Below, in pieces: positions 23,125 to 33,700 of a stretch of 64,000 nt of DNA. The stretch comes from Trypanosoma brucei (taxonomy: Eukaryota): positions 128,001 through 192,000 of the forward strand of contig CP000070.1 in NCBI GenBank assembly GCA_000002445.1, in the 5' to 3' direction. The translations under genes were made by a program, and so were the position numbers. The stretch's first letter is position 1. The number at the start of each line of letters is the position of its first letter. The notes under the pieces were generated by a model. That model worked only from the letters and a program-made list of their open reading frames with translations. It made no database searches and was not told the origin of the DNA.

Positions 23125-24957
23125 GCACACACACACAAAAAAAACGACAACGCAAATGCAAATGCAAACTGCAAAAATTTTTTCTCTCGTCACTTTTATA
23201 TATTTCCCTCCTTTGTCAGCGAATACGAGTCACCAACTCAGTGAACGATGTCAGCAACAAATACGGCAACAAGTGAGTGAAAGAGAAAGGGATGGTGAGG
23301 TAAAAACTAAAATAAACTAAAAATAAAACAAGTTAAATAAATAAAATTAAGCGAGGATTTTGTCGCTTCCTTGGTAGAGAAAAACAAACAAAGGAACTCC
23401 ACAAAAAAAATCACACTACCTCTTTTTCTTCCTTAACTTACGTTCCACTGTCGGCGTTTCTTTCCTTCTTTTTTTTTCTTTCTTCAATTGCACTCTATTT
23501 AATCTTTTTTCCACCCCTTTCCCGTGTGTTCAACTTGTGGTCAGCCGTTTACTTAACCCTTTAAAACATTTTAAAGACATGAAAAGAGTAAAGTCGGAGA
23601 AAAAAAGAGAGAGAAAGAGAGACGTTGATGCGAATGAAAGTGTCAGGTTTTATGTGTTCAACCACTGTTTCCTTCTATTTTTATGTTATCAAGAATGTTA
23701 GAAACACTAAATATGAATAAGGTTTGTAAAATAAATAAAACATGACACAGAGAGATAACAAGTTATTGGAGTCCTCAGCTCACTGAAATGTCTACAATTT
23801 TACTCTGCTTTTATCATTTATTCCATCAAGATGTCTACTTCATTTGTAATTCCTCTTATCCCTATGTGTCGAAACCAGTGGAATTTAAAATGAATGTTTA
23901 TGTTTCTCATGCATAACTCAGACAATGTGATGTGAGGCAGGAACAGGCACAAAGGTACGGTACCGTCTGCAAGTGGTTAAACCCACAAAATACGTGAAGG
24001 AAAGAAATATAAATATAAATATTTTATTTTTTATTTTTTATTGAAAGAGATAAATAACAAAAAACGACAGCAACAACGGTGGCTCAGTTGTGGACCCCTA
24101 CAAAAGGATACAGTAACGCGTCACCTCTCATATCCCCTAGTAATTGACACTGCAAATTATTAAACCATGTGTCAGGAAATTAAAGTCAATCCTCTTTTTT
24201 AAATTTCTTTTTTTTTCCCACACGAAAAACACTCCAAAGGCGGGGGAATGTCATGAAATGTTTATTAAATAAACAATAAAAAGAAGCGAAACAACTGCCG
24301 CTCGCTCCCTCCGCAGTCCCGTAATCTCATCCCCTTCAAATACCCATTTGCACACATCGCTGTTCATTCACCGCGTGCGTAAAAACTACGGAATTGTCGT
24401 ATAGTTTGTGATTCAACACACCGTTCACATGTATGTTTGTTTATTTACAAAAGGCAAAGGAGGACAAAATGGCGCGGTCATCCATGAAAATGCCCCGATT
24501 TGTGTCCAAGAATAAACTGCTGACAGAGGAAAAGAACTAAATGCCCTAAACGCTTAACATATCTTTTATGTTCACTCCTTCGCTTGATCAACTAGCCTTC
24601 TTAAACTTGTGACCAATGAGCAACGCCCCGGACAAAGGGACGCCAGATGAAACGGTAAAAGGTGAGATAAATGAGCGGAAAAGATAAAAAAGGAATGATG
24701 AAATTGAAGTTTAAAGAAAATCATCAATGAAAATAAATACTTACCCACAAGGCAATACAAAGCCATGTGCCCCTTCACTATGTTATAACGGCGCGTATGT
24801 TCCTTTAACCGAGTCTTTAACACACAAACACACACATTATGACGGCTAAGTACTTCAATGCAGTCCTCTTTTTTTTGGAGGGGGGGAATAAAAAGAAAAA
24901 AGGACTTAAGTTGTTATCTTCGGCGGCTCCGCATCTTATGGATTTCGTTACGACCTA

Positions 24958-26958
24958 TCATTTAGACGACACTCTCCGAAGCCGTTCCTCCAACGGTAGC
25001 CTTTCAAGTCTCTGTCGCTTGCGTGCGGCATGGATTACCTTATCTGTGCTGGTAAAGTTAGTGCGGCTATCTTTCTTTGCCTCATATAACGTCACACGCC
25101 GCGACGCTCCCTCCTTTTCGCCTTCAGGACGTTGACGTCTGCGTCGTTGCTGCTTTCCACTACTCCGTACACCCTTAAGGTGTTTCTTTGCTTCGTTGAC
25201 ATCGTCCTCATTGTCCTCACCGCTATCATTATTACCACCACCATCGCTGCTGCCGCTTTCGTTCTCGCCAACATCCTCTGGAACAATAGAAAATAACTCC
25301 GATTCATATCGCTGCTTCCGTTCGCTTGCCTTTGCACGCCGCTCTTTTATCTGTTGCAGGAGCTTCGCGTATTCTGGGTTTGACGGATCTAACGCAAAAG
25401 GAGTTCCCCTACTTCCATTGAACGCCTTTTGGAATCGTGGATCAGCTTGAGCAGCAGCAAGCGCCTGATTCTTCAAAGTGGTTTTCCCATCAGTCATTGG
25501 ACCACCGTTGGCACTGTCAGCATCGCCAACTAATTCATTGTCACCCGTTTCAGCAGCATTGGCATTGCGCTTAAATTTACTAATACGATCCTCCCAGCGT
25601 TTCTCAGTTTTGCGCCTCGAGTTCTCCTGCACATAGCGGCTGAACGCTCCAGGATCAACAACGGCCTTCAGCTCACGATACAAAGCATTTTCAATAAAGG
25701 CACCATGCATGACGGGGCGAACCTTTCCCCCTGCCAAATCATCTGCCGTCATGCCAAGGTTCTCCATTTCTTCCTTGGACACAAAAGTGTAATCGTCATA
25801 GACGGTTGTTATCTCCTTCTCCTCAAGTTCTTCAGTTAAAATCTCCAGAAATGAGGCCCACCGCGGTGCCACGCCAAGCTGCGGTATGAAATGTACCTGG
25901 ACCCGAGGTGCATCACAGCAGATACAAATGACCCCACTATCACTGCACTCAAAAGGTTCCACAATGTTGTGTTGGCTGCGAAGGACACAAAAATCCGTAA
26001 TATCCGCCGGTGCCTCAATGCTAGTGAAGTTGCTTCCATCCTTCTTGCTCCACACCTTTACCATACGCGTATCAGCGGAGAGCACGTGTGTCGCCTCTCC
26101 TGTTGCAGTGCTGCTACCTTGAAAGAAGTACGTTTTGACAATAGGCAATGAGTTCATGTGATCCTTTACAATTAGCGGCTTCTGCAGTCGGAGATCATAC
26201 AAGAGCACCTGACCGGCTTCTGTCCCACAGCTAAACAGGAGGCCACGCTCATCATCTACGGCAATGTGGCGTAACTCACAACGTTCCTCAACACCTGATA
26301 CGGCTCCGGTACCTGCAACTGTTAACCGCGCTGCACATGAAGCTGCCCGGCTATCCCATGCCTCTACAACACCGTCCACACCGGCACAAAGCACGAGGCC
26401 GTGGTTTTTAAATACCTCCACGTGATTCACACCATCGGCGCACTGAGTTTTGTAGCTCTCAACGAAGGAACCAGTTTCTAAACTGAGACGAAATATTTCA
26501 TGTGATGTACCACTCGACAACAACTCAGCTGTGTGGGGATTAAATGCCAAGCACCTCATCGTGTGTGGAACACGAACACGGTCAACGATAGCCGCAGAGT
26601 GGTGAATAGTAATCTGCCGCCCCTCTCCCCGCAGCGCAAACTTACGGAAATCGGGAGAGAGTGACACCCCACCAAGTATAGGCATGTCGGCGTTGAAACT
26701 ATATTTCATGCTGAGTTGATTTACGTCAAAGCACTTTAATCGGGGCGGGTAGTCGCCAGCAGCGAATAGGTGCGTGCCATTTGCCGTTCGAAAGATTGTT
26801 CGCGCAAAGTGAGGAAATTCAAGGTCATGAATTAGTTCGACACGGTGCTCTCCCCCCGCGAGTCGCTTGTTTTTCCGTCGCTCCGCAATCCATTCCGGTA
26901 GAGACTTGCCGGCAGTGAGGTTGTAGGTTTTAACCTTGTTATGGAGCGATACCTGCAT
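24958..26958 (-). CDS. NOL10: Nucleolar protein 10 (NOL10/ENP2) homologue
   Basis: ATG verified. The N-terminus MQVSLHNKVKTYNLTAGKSLPEWIAERRK...VELIHDLEFP... matches the conserved NOL10/Enp2 start (MQVS.LN.VK.Y.L..GKSLPEW). WD-like middle region, and a C-terminal basic NUC153-like region (LDPSNPEYAKLLQQIKERR...). Confidence 0.85.
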   Translation of the reverse strand: MQVSLHNKVKTYNLTAGKSLPEWIAERRKNKRLAGGEHRVELIHDLEFPHFARTIFRTANGTHLFAAGDYPPRLKCFDVNQLSMKYSFNADMPILGGVSLSPDFRKFALRGEGRQITIHHSAAIVDRVRVPHTMRCLAFNPHTAELLSSGTSHEIFRLSLETGSFVESYKTQCADGVNHVEVFKNHGLVLCAGVDGVVEAWDSRAASCAARLTVAGTGAVSGVEERCELRHIAVDDERGLLFSCGTEAGQVLLYDLRLQKPLIVKDHMNSLPIVKTYFFQGSSTATGEATHVLSADTRMVKVWSKKDGSNFTSIEAPADITDFCVLRSQHNIVEPFECSDSGVICICCDAPRVQVHFIPQLGVAPRWASFLEILTEELEEKEITTVYDDYTFVSKEEMENLGMTADDLAGGKVRPVMHGAFIENALYRELKAVVDPGAFSRYVQENSRRKTEKRWEDRISKFKRNANAAETGDNELVGDADSANGGPMTDGKTTLKNQALAAAQADPRFQKAFNGSRGTPFALDPSNPEYAKLLQQIKERRAKASERKQRYESELFSIVPEDVGENESGSSDGGGNNDSGEDNEDDVNEAKKHLKGVRSSGKQQRRRRQRPEGEKEGASRRVTLYEAKKDSRTNFTSTDKVIHAARKRQRLERLPLEERLRRVSSK

Positions 26959-27155
26959 TTCAGCAACAAATATTTACTCAGTGCTGCCCAAGCTGCAGGT
27001 AAATTCTTGCTTAAAACTTTCGACCTAACTCTTCAAAGTTCCTTCAGTCCCACGACCGCAAGGGAAAACCGCAGCAGCAACAACACGACAGTCGCCGACA
27101 ACACTATCAGATATGCTGCTATGCGAACAGTGGCGGTAAATACACTGTGGTTTTT

Positions 27156-27218
27156 AAGAAAAAAATAGAAAAAAAAAAGACACAGATAAAAAAGGGAGAG
27201 AGAATGAGAGAGTTAGAT
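27156..27218 (-). promoter_or_regulatory. Polypyrimidine tract (minus strand) upstream of the NOL10 start; a putative trans-splicing/polyadenylation coupling signal
   Basis: Purine-rich plus strand: aagaaaaaaatagaaaaaaaaaagacacagataaaaaagggagagagaatgagagag. Confidence 0.45.
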
Positions 27219-27499
27219 TCCCACCAATATATTAAGTATGGTAACAACAACAACAATACATATATATATATATATATATGCACTAGGACCACAATTCACC
27301 CCATTACCCCACAGCCTACTCTCTTTTTTTTTTCGAATCCACACGATTAAGTTCTATAGGGAAACACACCTTGTGCTCATTGAGGCACCGTAACACAACG
27401 GACGCCCACACCAGTGCGCGACACATTCAAGAAAGAACGCATATGTATGTATATATATATATATATGTATACATGTATATAACAGCGTTTCCACTCGCT

Positions 27500-27523
27500 C
27501 TTTCTCTCTCTCTCTCTCTCTGT
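27500..27523. repeat. (TC)n microsatellite, with (TA)n nearby at about 27441-27480 and 27259-27279
   Basis: ctttctctctctctctctctctctg. Confidence 0.85.
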
Positions 27524-28245
27524 CGCGCGTATATGTTGTAGCACTGTTAAAACAGAAGCCCGCAATGTGCGTTAGAACCACAGGGGAGTGGGAAGCATAT
27601 CTTGACGGCACAAACATCCCTCGCAACGGTGTAGCAACAGAAGGTGACGGAGCAATCACATGCGTGGACAGAACAAGGCCTTCACTCCCTTCAACCCACC
27701 AATCTTCTCCGTAGCATTTTCTCGCATTCCCTACGAACATACAAACGAAGAGGAAGGGGCGTAAAAAAAACAATGGAGAAAAACCAATAATATTCGTTTG
27801 GCCCGGTCACCAACAGTCTCTTTTTTTTTTCTTTGTTTGCTATTCGTTACGTCTGAAAACAATATTTCGCCTTTACGACAACTCGTTAAACAACAATTTG
27901 TGCCCTTAATTCAACACCACAGTGACATCGAGATATACCTCAAGTCACCTTATCGTTGGGGGTGCTCGAACATGAAAGCGCGTGCTGATTCGTCACAACA
28001 ATAACATTAGCCTAAAAATCTCAAACACGTTCTACATTATTTACCTCCCCTATTAATCTACTTAGTTCACGCACTCAGTGTCACCTTTCCCTTTACACCA
28101 TTTAAGTACGTGCAACTAACGTACTATTATCATTTTCCCATTTGTTAAAACAAAAAAAAGTCTCTTCCTTCGCTTCCACCAATTTTATTTCTTTCTATTC
28201 ACAAACACAAAGAAATTAACCAAGGTCCAAATGCGTCACTGAAAT

Positions 28246-30165
28246 TTAGTCAACATCATCGGGGACTGGAGCGTTTCCTTCGCCCTCTCCTGAAGGAGGT
28301 GCCGGAGGTGCCTGTTCCATTGCCCGCTTTACGTAATATGCGGAGAGAATGGGGTGCGCCACCTGCTCAATTTCTTTATTCTTGGCGTCATATTCCTCCT
28401 TTGTTGCATCACGATTCTCATCAAGCCAATTTACCACAGCATTCACAACGGTTTGGATCTTCTGCTGGTCTTCTTGACTAATGTTCTGCTGGACGTCGGG
28501 GTCGCTTAGCGTAGAGCGAAGCGAAAATGTGTAGTTCTCAACGGAATTGCGTGCTTCAATCTTTTCTGCGTTTGCTCGGTCCTCTTCCGCGAATTTTTCA
28601 GCCTCCGCAACCATTTTGTCAATCTGTTCGCGTGAGAGCCGACCCTTGTCATTCGATATGGTGATGGCTTGTGTTTTACCAGCCGTCTCTTCCACAGCGG
28701 TAACAACAAGAATGCCGTCAACGTTCACGTCGAAGCTCACGGTAATCCGCGGCTTGCCGCGGGGCGCAGGGGGGATGTCAGTGAGCGTAAATGTTCCTAA
28801 GCATTGGCATTGCGACACCAAGGGGCGCTCACCCTCGTAAACTTTGATTTCAACACTGCGTTGGTTGTCAGCGTTGGTGGAAAATGTTTGCGATTTTTGT
28901 GCGGGCACGCTGGTGTTGCGCGGAATGAGCACAGACATTACACCACCGGCAGTTTCAACACCCAGTGAAAGCGGAGTCACATCGACTAGGAGAAGGTCTT
29001 TCGTTTGCTTACTTTTGCCACCAGATACGATATGAGCTTGTACCGCGGCTCCATAAGCAACCGCCTCATCAGGGTTGATTGAACGGTTCGGCTCCTTGCC
29101 GTTGAAAAAGTTCTGCACCAACTGTTGCACGCGGGGAATGCGAGTTGATCCACCGACAAGAACCACATCGTCCACTGCCGATGCATCAACCTCGGCATCT
29201 TTCAGGACCTTCCTCACTGGCTCTAGGCAGCGCTCGAATTGGTCACGGCACATCTCCTCGAACCGAGCTCGCGTTATTTTGGAGAAAAAGTCAAACCCTT
29301 CATACAGTGCATCAATCTCAATGTTGGTGCTTGCTGAACTGGAAAGTGTTCGCTTCACCCGTTCGCATGCCGTACGCAAACGCCTCATCGCACGTGCGTT
29401 TCCACGCAAATCCTTACCGGTGCGGGTTCTGAACTCAGTCGCGAAGTAATCCACAAGGCGGCTGTCAAAGTCTTCCCCACCAAGATGTGTGTCACCAGCA
29501 GTTGCCCTCACTTCAAATAAGCCACCGTCAATGTTTAGCAACGTCACATCAAAAGTACCACCTCCAAGATCAAAGATGAGCACCGTCTTCATTGCTCCTT
29601 CAGAACTTCTGTCCATGCCATACGCAATGGCTGCGGCTGTTGGTTCGTTAACGATGCGCAACACCTCAAGACCAGCAATTGATCCCGCGTCTTTTGTTGC
29701 TTGACGTTGCGAGTCGTTGAAATACGCAGGCACAGTCACGACGGCCTTTGATACCTTCTCGCCAAGGTAGGATTCCGCGATTTCCTTCATTTTCTGCAAG
29801 ACCATCGCACTTATCTCTTCGGGGAAAAAGGTTCTCCTCTCACCTTGGTACTCTACCTCCACAACCGGTTTCCCTTCCTTCACAGTTACCTTAAAGGGCC
29901 AATGTTTCATGTCAGCTTGCAGGTCTGGGTCATCATATTTTCGGCCAATTATTCGCTTGGCATCAAACACCGTATTTGTTGGGTTCATGGCCACTTGATT
30001 CTTTGCGGCATCGCCAACCAGTCGCTCAGTTTCACTGAAGGACACATAAGAAGGTGTTGTGCGGTTACCCTGATCGTTGGCGACAATTTCAACCTGATCA
30101 TTTTTGAACACACCCACGCACGAGTAAGTTGTGCCAAGATCAATGCCGATCGCCGGAGCAGGCAT
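28246..30165 (-). CDS. HSP70.4: HSP70 family chaperone; the cytosolic HSP70.4-type member of trypanosomatids
   Basis: ATG verified. Textbook HSP70 motifs: [39 protein letters not shown], a substrate-binding domain and a helical lid. The C-terminus ends ...PVPDDVD rather than EEVD. Confidence 0.95.
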   Translation of the reverse strand: MPAPAIGIDLGTTYSCVGVFKNDQVEIVANDQGNRTTPSYVSFSETERLVGDAAKNQVAMNPTNTVFDAKRIIGRKYDDPDLQADMKHWPFKVTVKEGKPVVEVEYQGERRTFFPEEISAMVLQKMKEIAESYLGEKVSKAVVTVPAYFNDSQRQATKDAGSIAGLEVLRIVNEPTAAAIAYGMDRSSEGAMKTVLIFDLGGGTFDVTLLNIDGGLFEVRATAGDTHLGGEDFDSRLVDYFATEFRTRTGKDLRGNARAMRRLRTACERVKRTLSSSASTNIEIDALYEGFDFFSKITRARFEEMCRDQFERCLEPVRKVLKDAEVDASAVDDVVLVGGSTRIPRVQQLVQNFFNGKEPNRSINPDEAVAYGAAVQAHIVSGGKSKQTKDLLLVDVTPLSLGVETAGGVMSVLIPRNTSVPAQKSQTFSTNADNQRSVEIKVYEGERPLVSQCQCLGTFTLTDIPPAPRGKPRITVSFDVNVDGILVVTAVEETAGKTQAITISNDKGRLSREQIDKMVAEAEKFAEEDRANAEKIEARNSVENYTFSLRSTLSDPDVQQNISQEDQQKIQTVVNAVVNWLDENRDATKEEYDAKNKEIEQVAHPILSAYYVKRAMEQAPPAPPSGEGEGNAPVPDDVD

Positions 30166-30784
30166 ACTTTCTTTTTCTTTGCTTATATTTTCCTAACAAC
30201 ACTCAAATAATAAAAAAAGAAAGAAGAAAAGAAGAGCATACACGTATATACAACACCTTCAGTTTCGCGCATCGTAATCGCCTTGGTTTCCCGCATGAGT
30301 TGTCGAAAGATTATCCTCGTATTAATTCCTTGTAGTCGCACTTTTTCTTGTTTATCTCCTCCTCCCAACTCTATGTTTATCTTTTGTTTTCACACTTATC
30401 CATGACCTTGCAACGCCTAACCCGCTTCTTCACCGCGATAATTCAGCTCCACATTCTCAAACTAATACCCAACGGCAGAAAAAGCGGTATTGGTATGGGA
30501 AAAGAGGTAGTGTGAAATACACAAACGCTGTCGACCTCTTCGACATGGAGAGAAGCAAGGGTCCGGCTGAATCAAACGTGTTTACTAGCAAAAAAAAAAA
30601 GTATTACTTACACAGGAATATAAGGATGCCACAGCTTAATATGCGCTGCGATTAAGCCCGAAGTCATTTTGCATCGTGAAGGCGTCGCCTCATCCCTCAT
30701 TCCTTCGGTCTCTATGTAAAATCGGTATGAAAAAAACTGCTCATATATATATATTTTTTATACTTATGTTTGAATGTATGGAAT

Positions 30785-33700
30785 CTAAAGTGAAATGTTC
30801 ACCGTACAAAGGGGTGCCTTCCGTCGTTGCTGAATGCTAAGTGTCACCCAATCCGATTTGAAGACACTCAACACCCCCACATGAGGCATGCCCCTAATAA
30901 CGCTACCACTCATGTTACTGTCGCTGTCGCCAGATGAACCACAGCCACCCGCTATTTTCCAAGCGTCTTTACCGCCTGCAACACGGGTTGACTGACCATC
31001 ACATTTAATACTCTGCTGAAACGGATCCACACCCACGGCAGTCGAACGAGATTCACTTTTCTGAGCTACTTGTTGAAGCTCACCTCGCATTTTCCCCTGA
31101 GCTTCTTGCTTTGCCCTAACCAGTTGTTCCTTCGCATTTTGGAAAACCTTTACGATGCCGCCGCGTATCTCCCCAACAAGAGCGTCTTCTTGATGTGGTT
31201 CATCTATTAGAAGAATAATCTCTTTTGTTGGAAAGACATTTCCACATCCCACGCCTCCCACAACTGCCTCTTCTGTTCCCTTTATTTGCACGAGAACGAA
31301 GTCGAGTAGTGTGTTTGGAGACTTCCGTGGGGGTATGTGGCACTTCTTTAACCCTGTGACTTCGTTAGGCCCGTGAAGTTTCTTTCCTTCACTCCCGCTT
31401 TCCCCCAGTTGGAGTGCTGCAGTTCCTTCGTTACCAATTTTCCAACACATTGCCCATTCCACAACACCTCCGCCGGTCTCGAGAACGTTCCGCATTGAGT
31501 GGGCCCTTGCGGTAACCGCTGGTGAAGCATCAGCTGCTACAATGACCAAAATAAAGTACTTATTTTCAAATAAGAGCTTCCCCGTGGCCTGCCGCTGTAG
31601 CCGCCTGTTGCGGCACTGCATGGCGAGCTGGCGAGTGCATCGTGGTGCATCCGGTGGGAGGAGCTCGGGGGTCCATTCGTGCATGGAGAGATCGTGGAGT
31701 GGCCCAAAACACTGACGGTTTTCACAATCTTCCAGAATCTTCGGGGTTACCACCCACAGCCCCGCAGCGATGGCTGCAAGGACACTTTCCCTCTGTGTTA
31801 GCTGGTGCGTTACCAAAATATCTGCCTCGCGAGTGCCGTGCACAAGTTGCACACGACTAATGACCTTTGCGGTCTCAGATGCACAATGAAGATGCTGTTG
31901 TTGAGGGCATGCCGGGCCCATAATATCGGCAGCCTCATCCTGATCCCCATCACAGTTCCTGCGGGGGGCACGACTGTTCAGCTCGTCACAAAATGCGACG
32001 AAGCAATCCTTCCCCGGGACATCATGCGGAATATAAATGCGTGGAGCGTCGAAAATAATTTTTGAGCGTTGTTTCGACACAACACCAGCAGCCGCGGAGG
32101 GCAAAGCCAGTCGCTTATCAATAACAGCGTCACTGCTCCTACTTCCCTCGGGATCCCACAGCTGCGGCATCTCCTGAACTTCTCTGGAATACTTTCTACC
32201 AACGGAAGTCAGCGGGCCATGATCGACTACAGATCCACCATCACATGGTTTGTTGTGGCGGTTCTCATCACCAGCTCTCAAGAGGTGACTATCAGCTGCC
32301 TTTAGTTCATTTTCCTCGTCGTCGCTAACGTCACCCAACAAAAGGGTGCGGCGAACGGGTGTGCACGCGTTCGCACTACTTGGGCTGTTATCCGCCATAT
32401 TTTCCTCAAGTCTTGCTGGCGTGTTAGACTTCCCCCGTGATAAACCACATAGAAAGCCAATGGGGGGAAACGTCTCCTCATCTCCCACCAAAGCCGCTTT
32501 AACATGGGCAGAAGGCGATGCAAACCGGGGTGTGCTGGCACGTTGCTGCCCGGGGGTGCGCAATGTAGCCCGAGCTGGCGTAGCACCTGGCGTTGTAAAA
32601 TCGAATTGGTAGTTGACAGCAAGTTGCGGTGACTGGAAAACCGGGCTGTGGCATGTTGCGCTACTGAATGGGAGTAGCGTCACGTCAGTTTCTCGTACTG
32701 GTGTAGCGGGTGGCGTCACGGCAGAGTAAACTAGGGGCCCACCAATGACGGTTTCACCTTCAACCGCCCTATTTTCCTTGTGTGGTTGCTGACGAGTGAG
32801 TGTCGTTGGTAAGGCAAAAGGTTTCTCATCAAGAAAAGTGCCCCATGCCACACTAGCCTCCAGCCATTCCAACCCGACTAATGAGACACGATCGGATGCA
32901 GCATACTGTACTAACCTTTGCGGTAGCAATTCCTGGTGCACCTCACAAGGCCACGTGCTACCGCGGGAGAGTAGTGCATCCATACTTTTTCGCTCATCCA
33001 CATCGCCCGTCCTAAAGCAGCAGCGAATGTCAGAAACTGCTGACGAGCCACCCACCGCCACCTCGTCCACAACCTGGGGGATTTTAGAAAGAAAAATGGT
33101 TGCAACATCCACAAGCACAACATGCGTGACAGCTTCCAGCACCAACTTCTCCGCTCGGTGACCACATAGTTCGCTAACAGCAGCACCAAGGCAGTTCAAA
33201 AGTACCCGACGAAGCGCAGTCAGCGTCTCAAACCCCTGATCGTCAATAACGCATCCTTGTTGTCCTGATTTAGAGGGCATCAGACATAAAAAGTACACAG
33301 TTACACCGATGAGTGGAGCTTTTTCATTCCGGCGGCGGCCAAGCCACGGTGATGGTGCTAAGGGCATCCCTCCTTTGGTGGTGACATCACCACGGCGCAA
33401 TAACTGCTGCCGTGCCAGTCGCTCCGCCTCTGTAGGTGTTGATCTATAAAAAAGAAAGCAACTTTTGGGTTGTAATAGGTGACGTGCCGCCAGCGAGCAC
33501 AAAATGTAGTCTTGCGTGACGCTCGGAAGAAAGCGAAACGGGTGGCGAGCGGGGGCGGTATCTGCTTGCCGTTGGTTCCTTCCGAGCAGTAGCACATCGG
33601 AAGGTTTCTGATTTCCATGCGGCACGACATAAAAAACGTGATGAAATGGTCCCGCAGGTCTAGTACCATTTGAAGGGGTGTCAACGTTACCAGGTTTATC

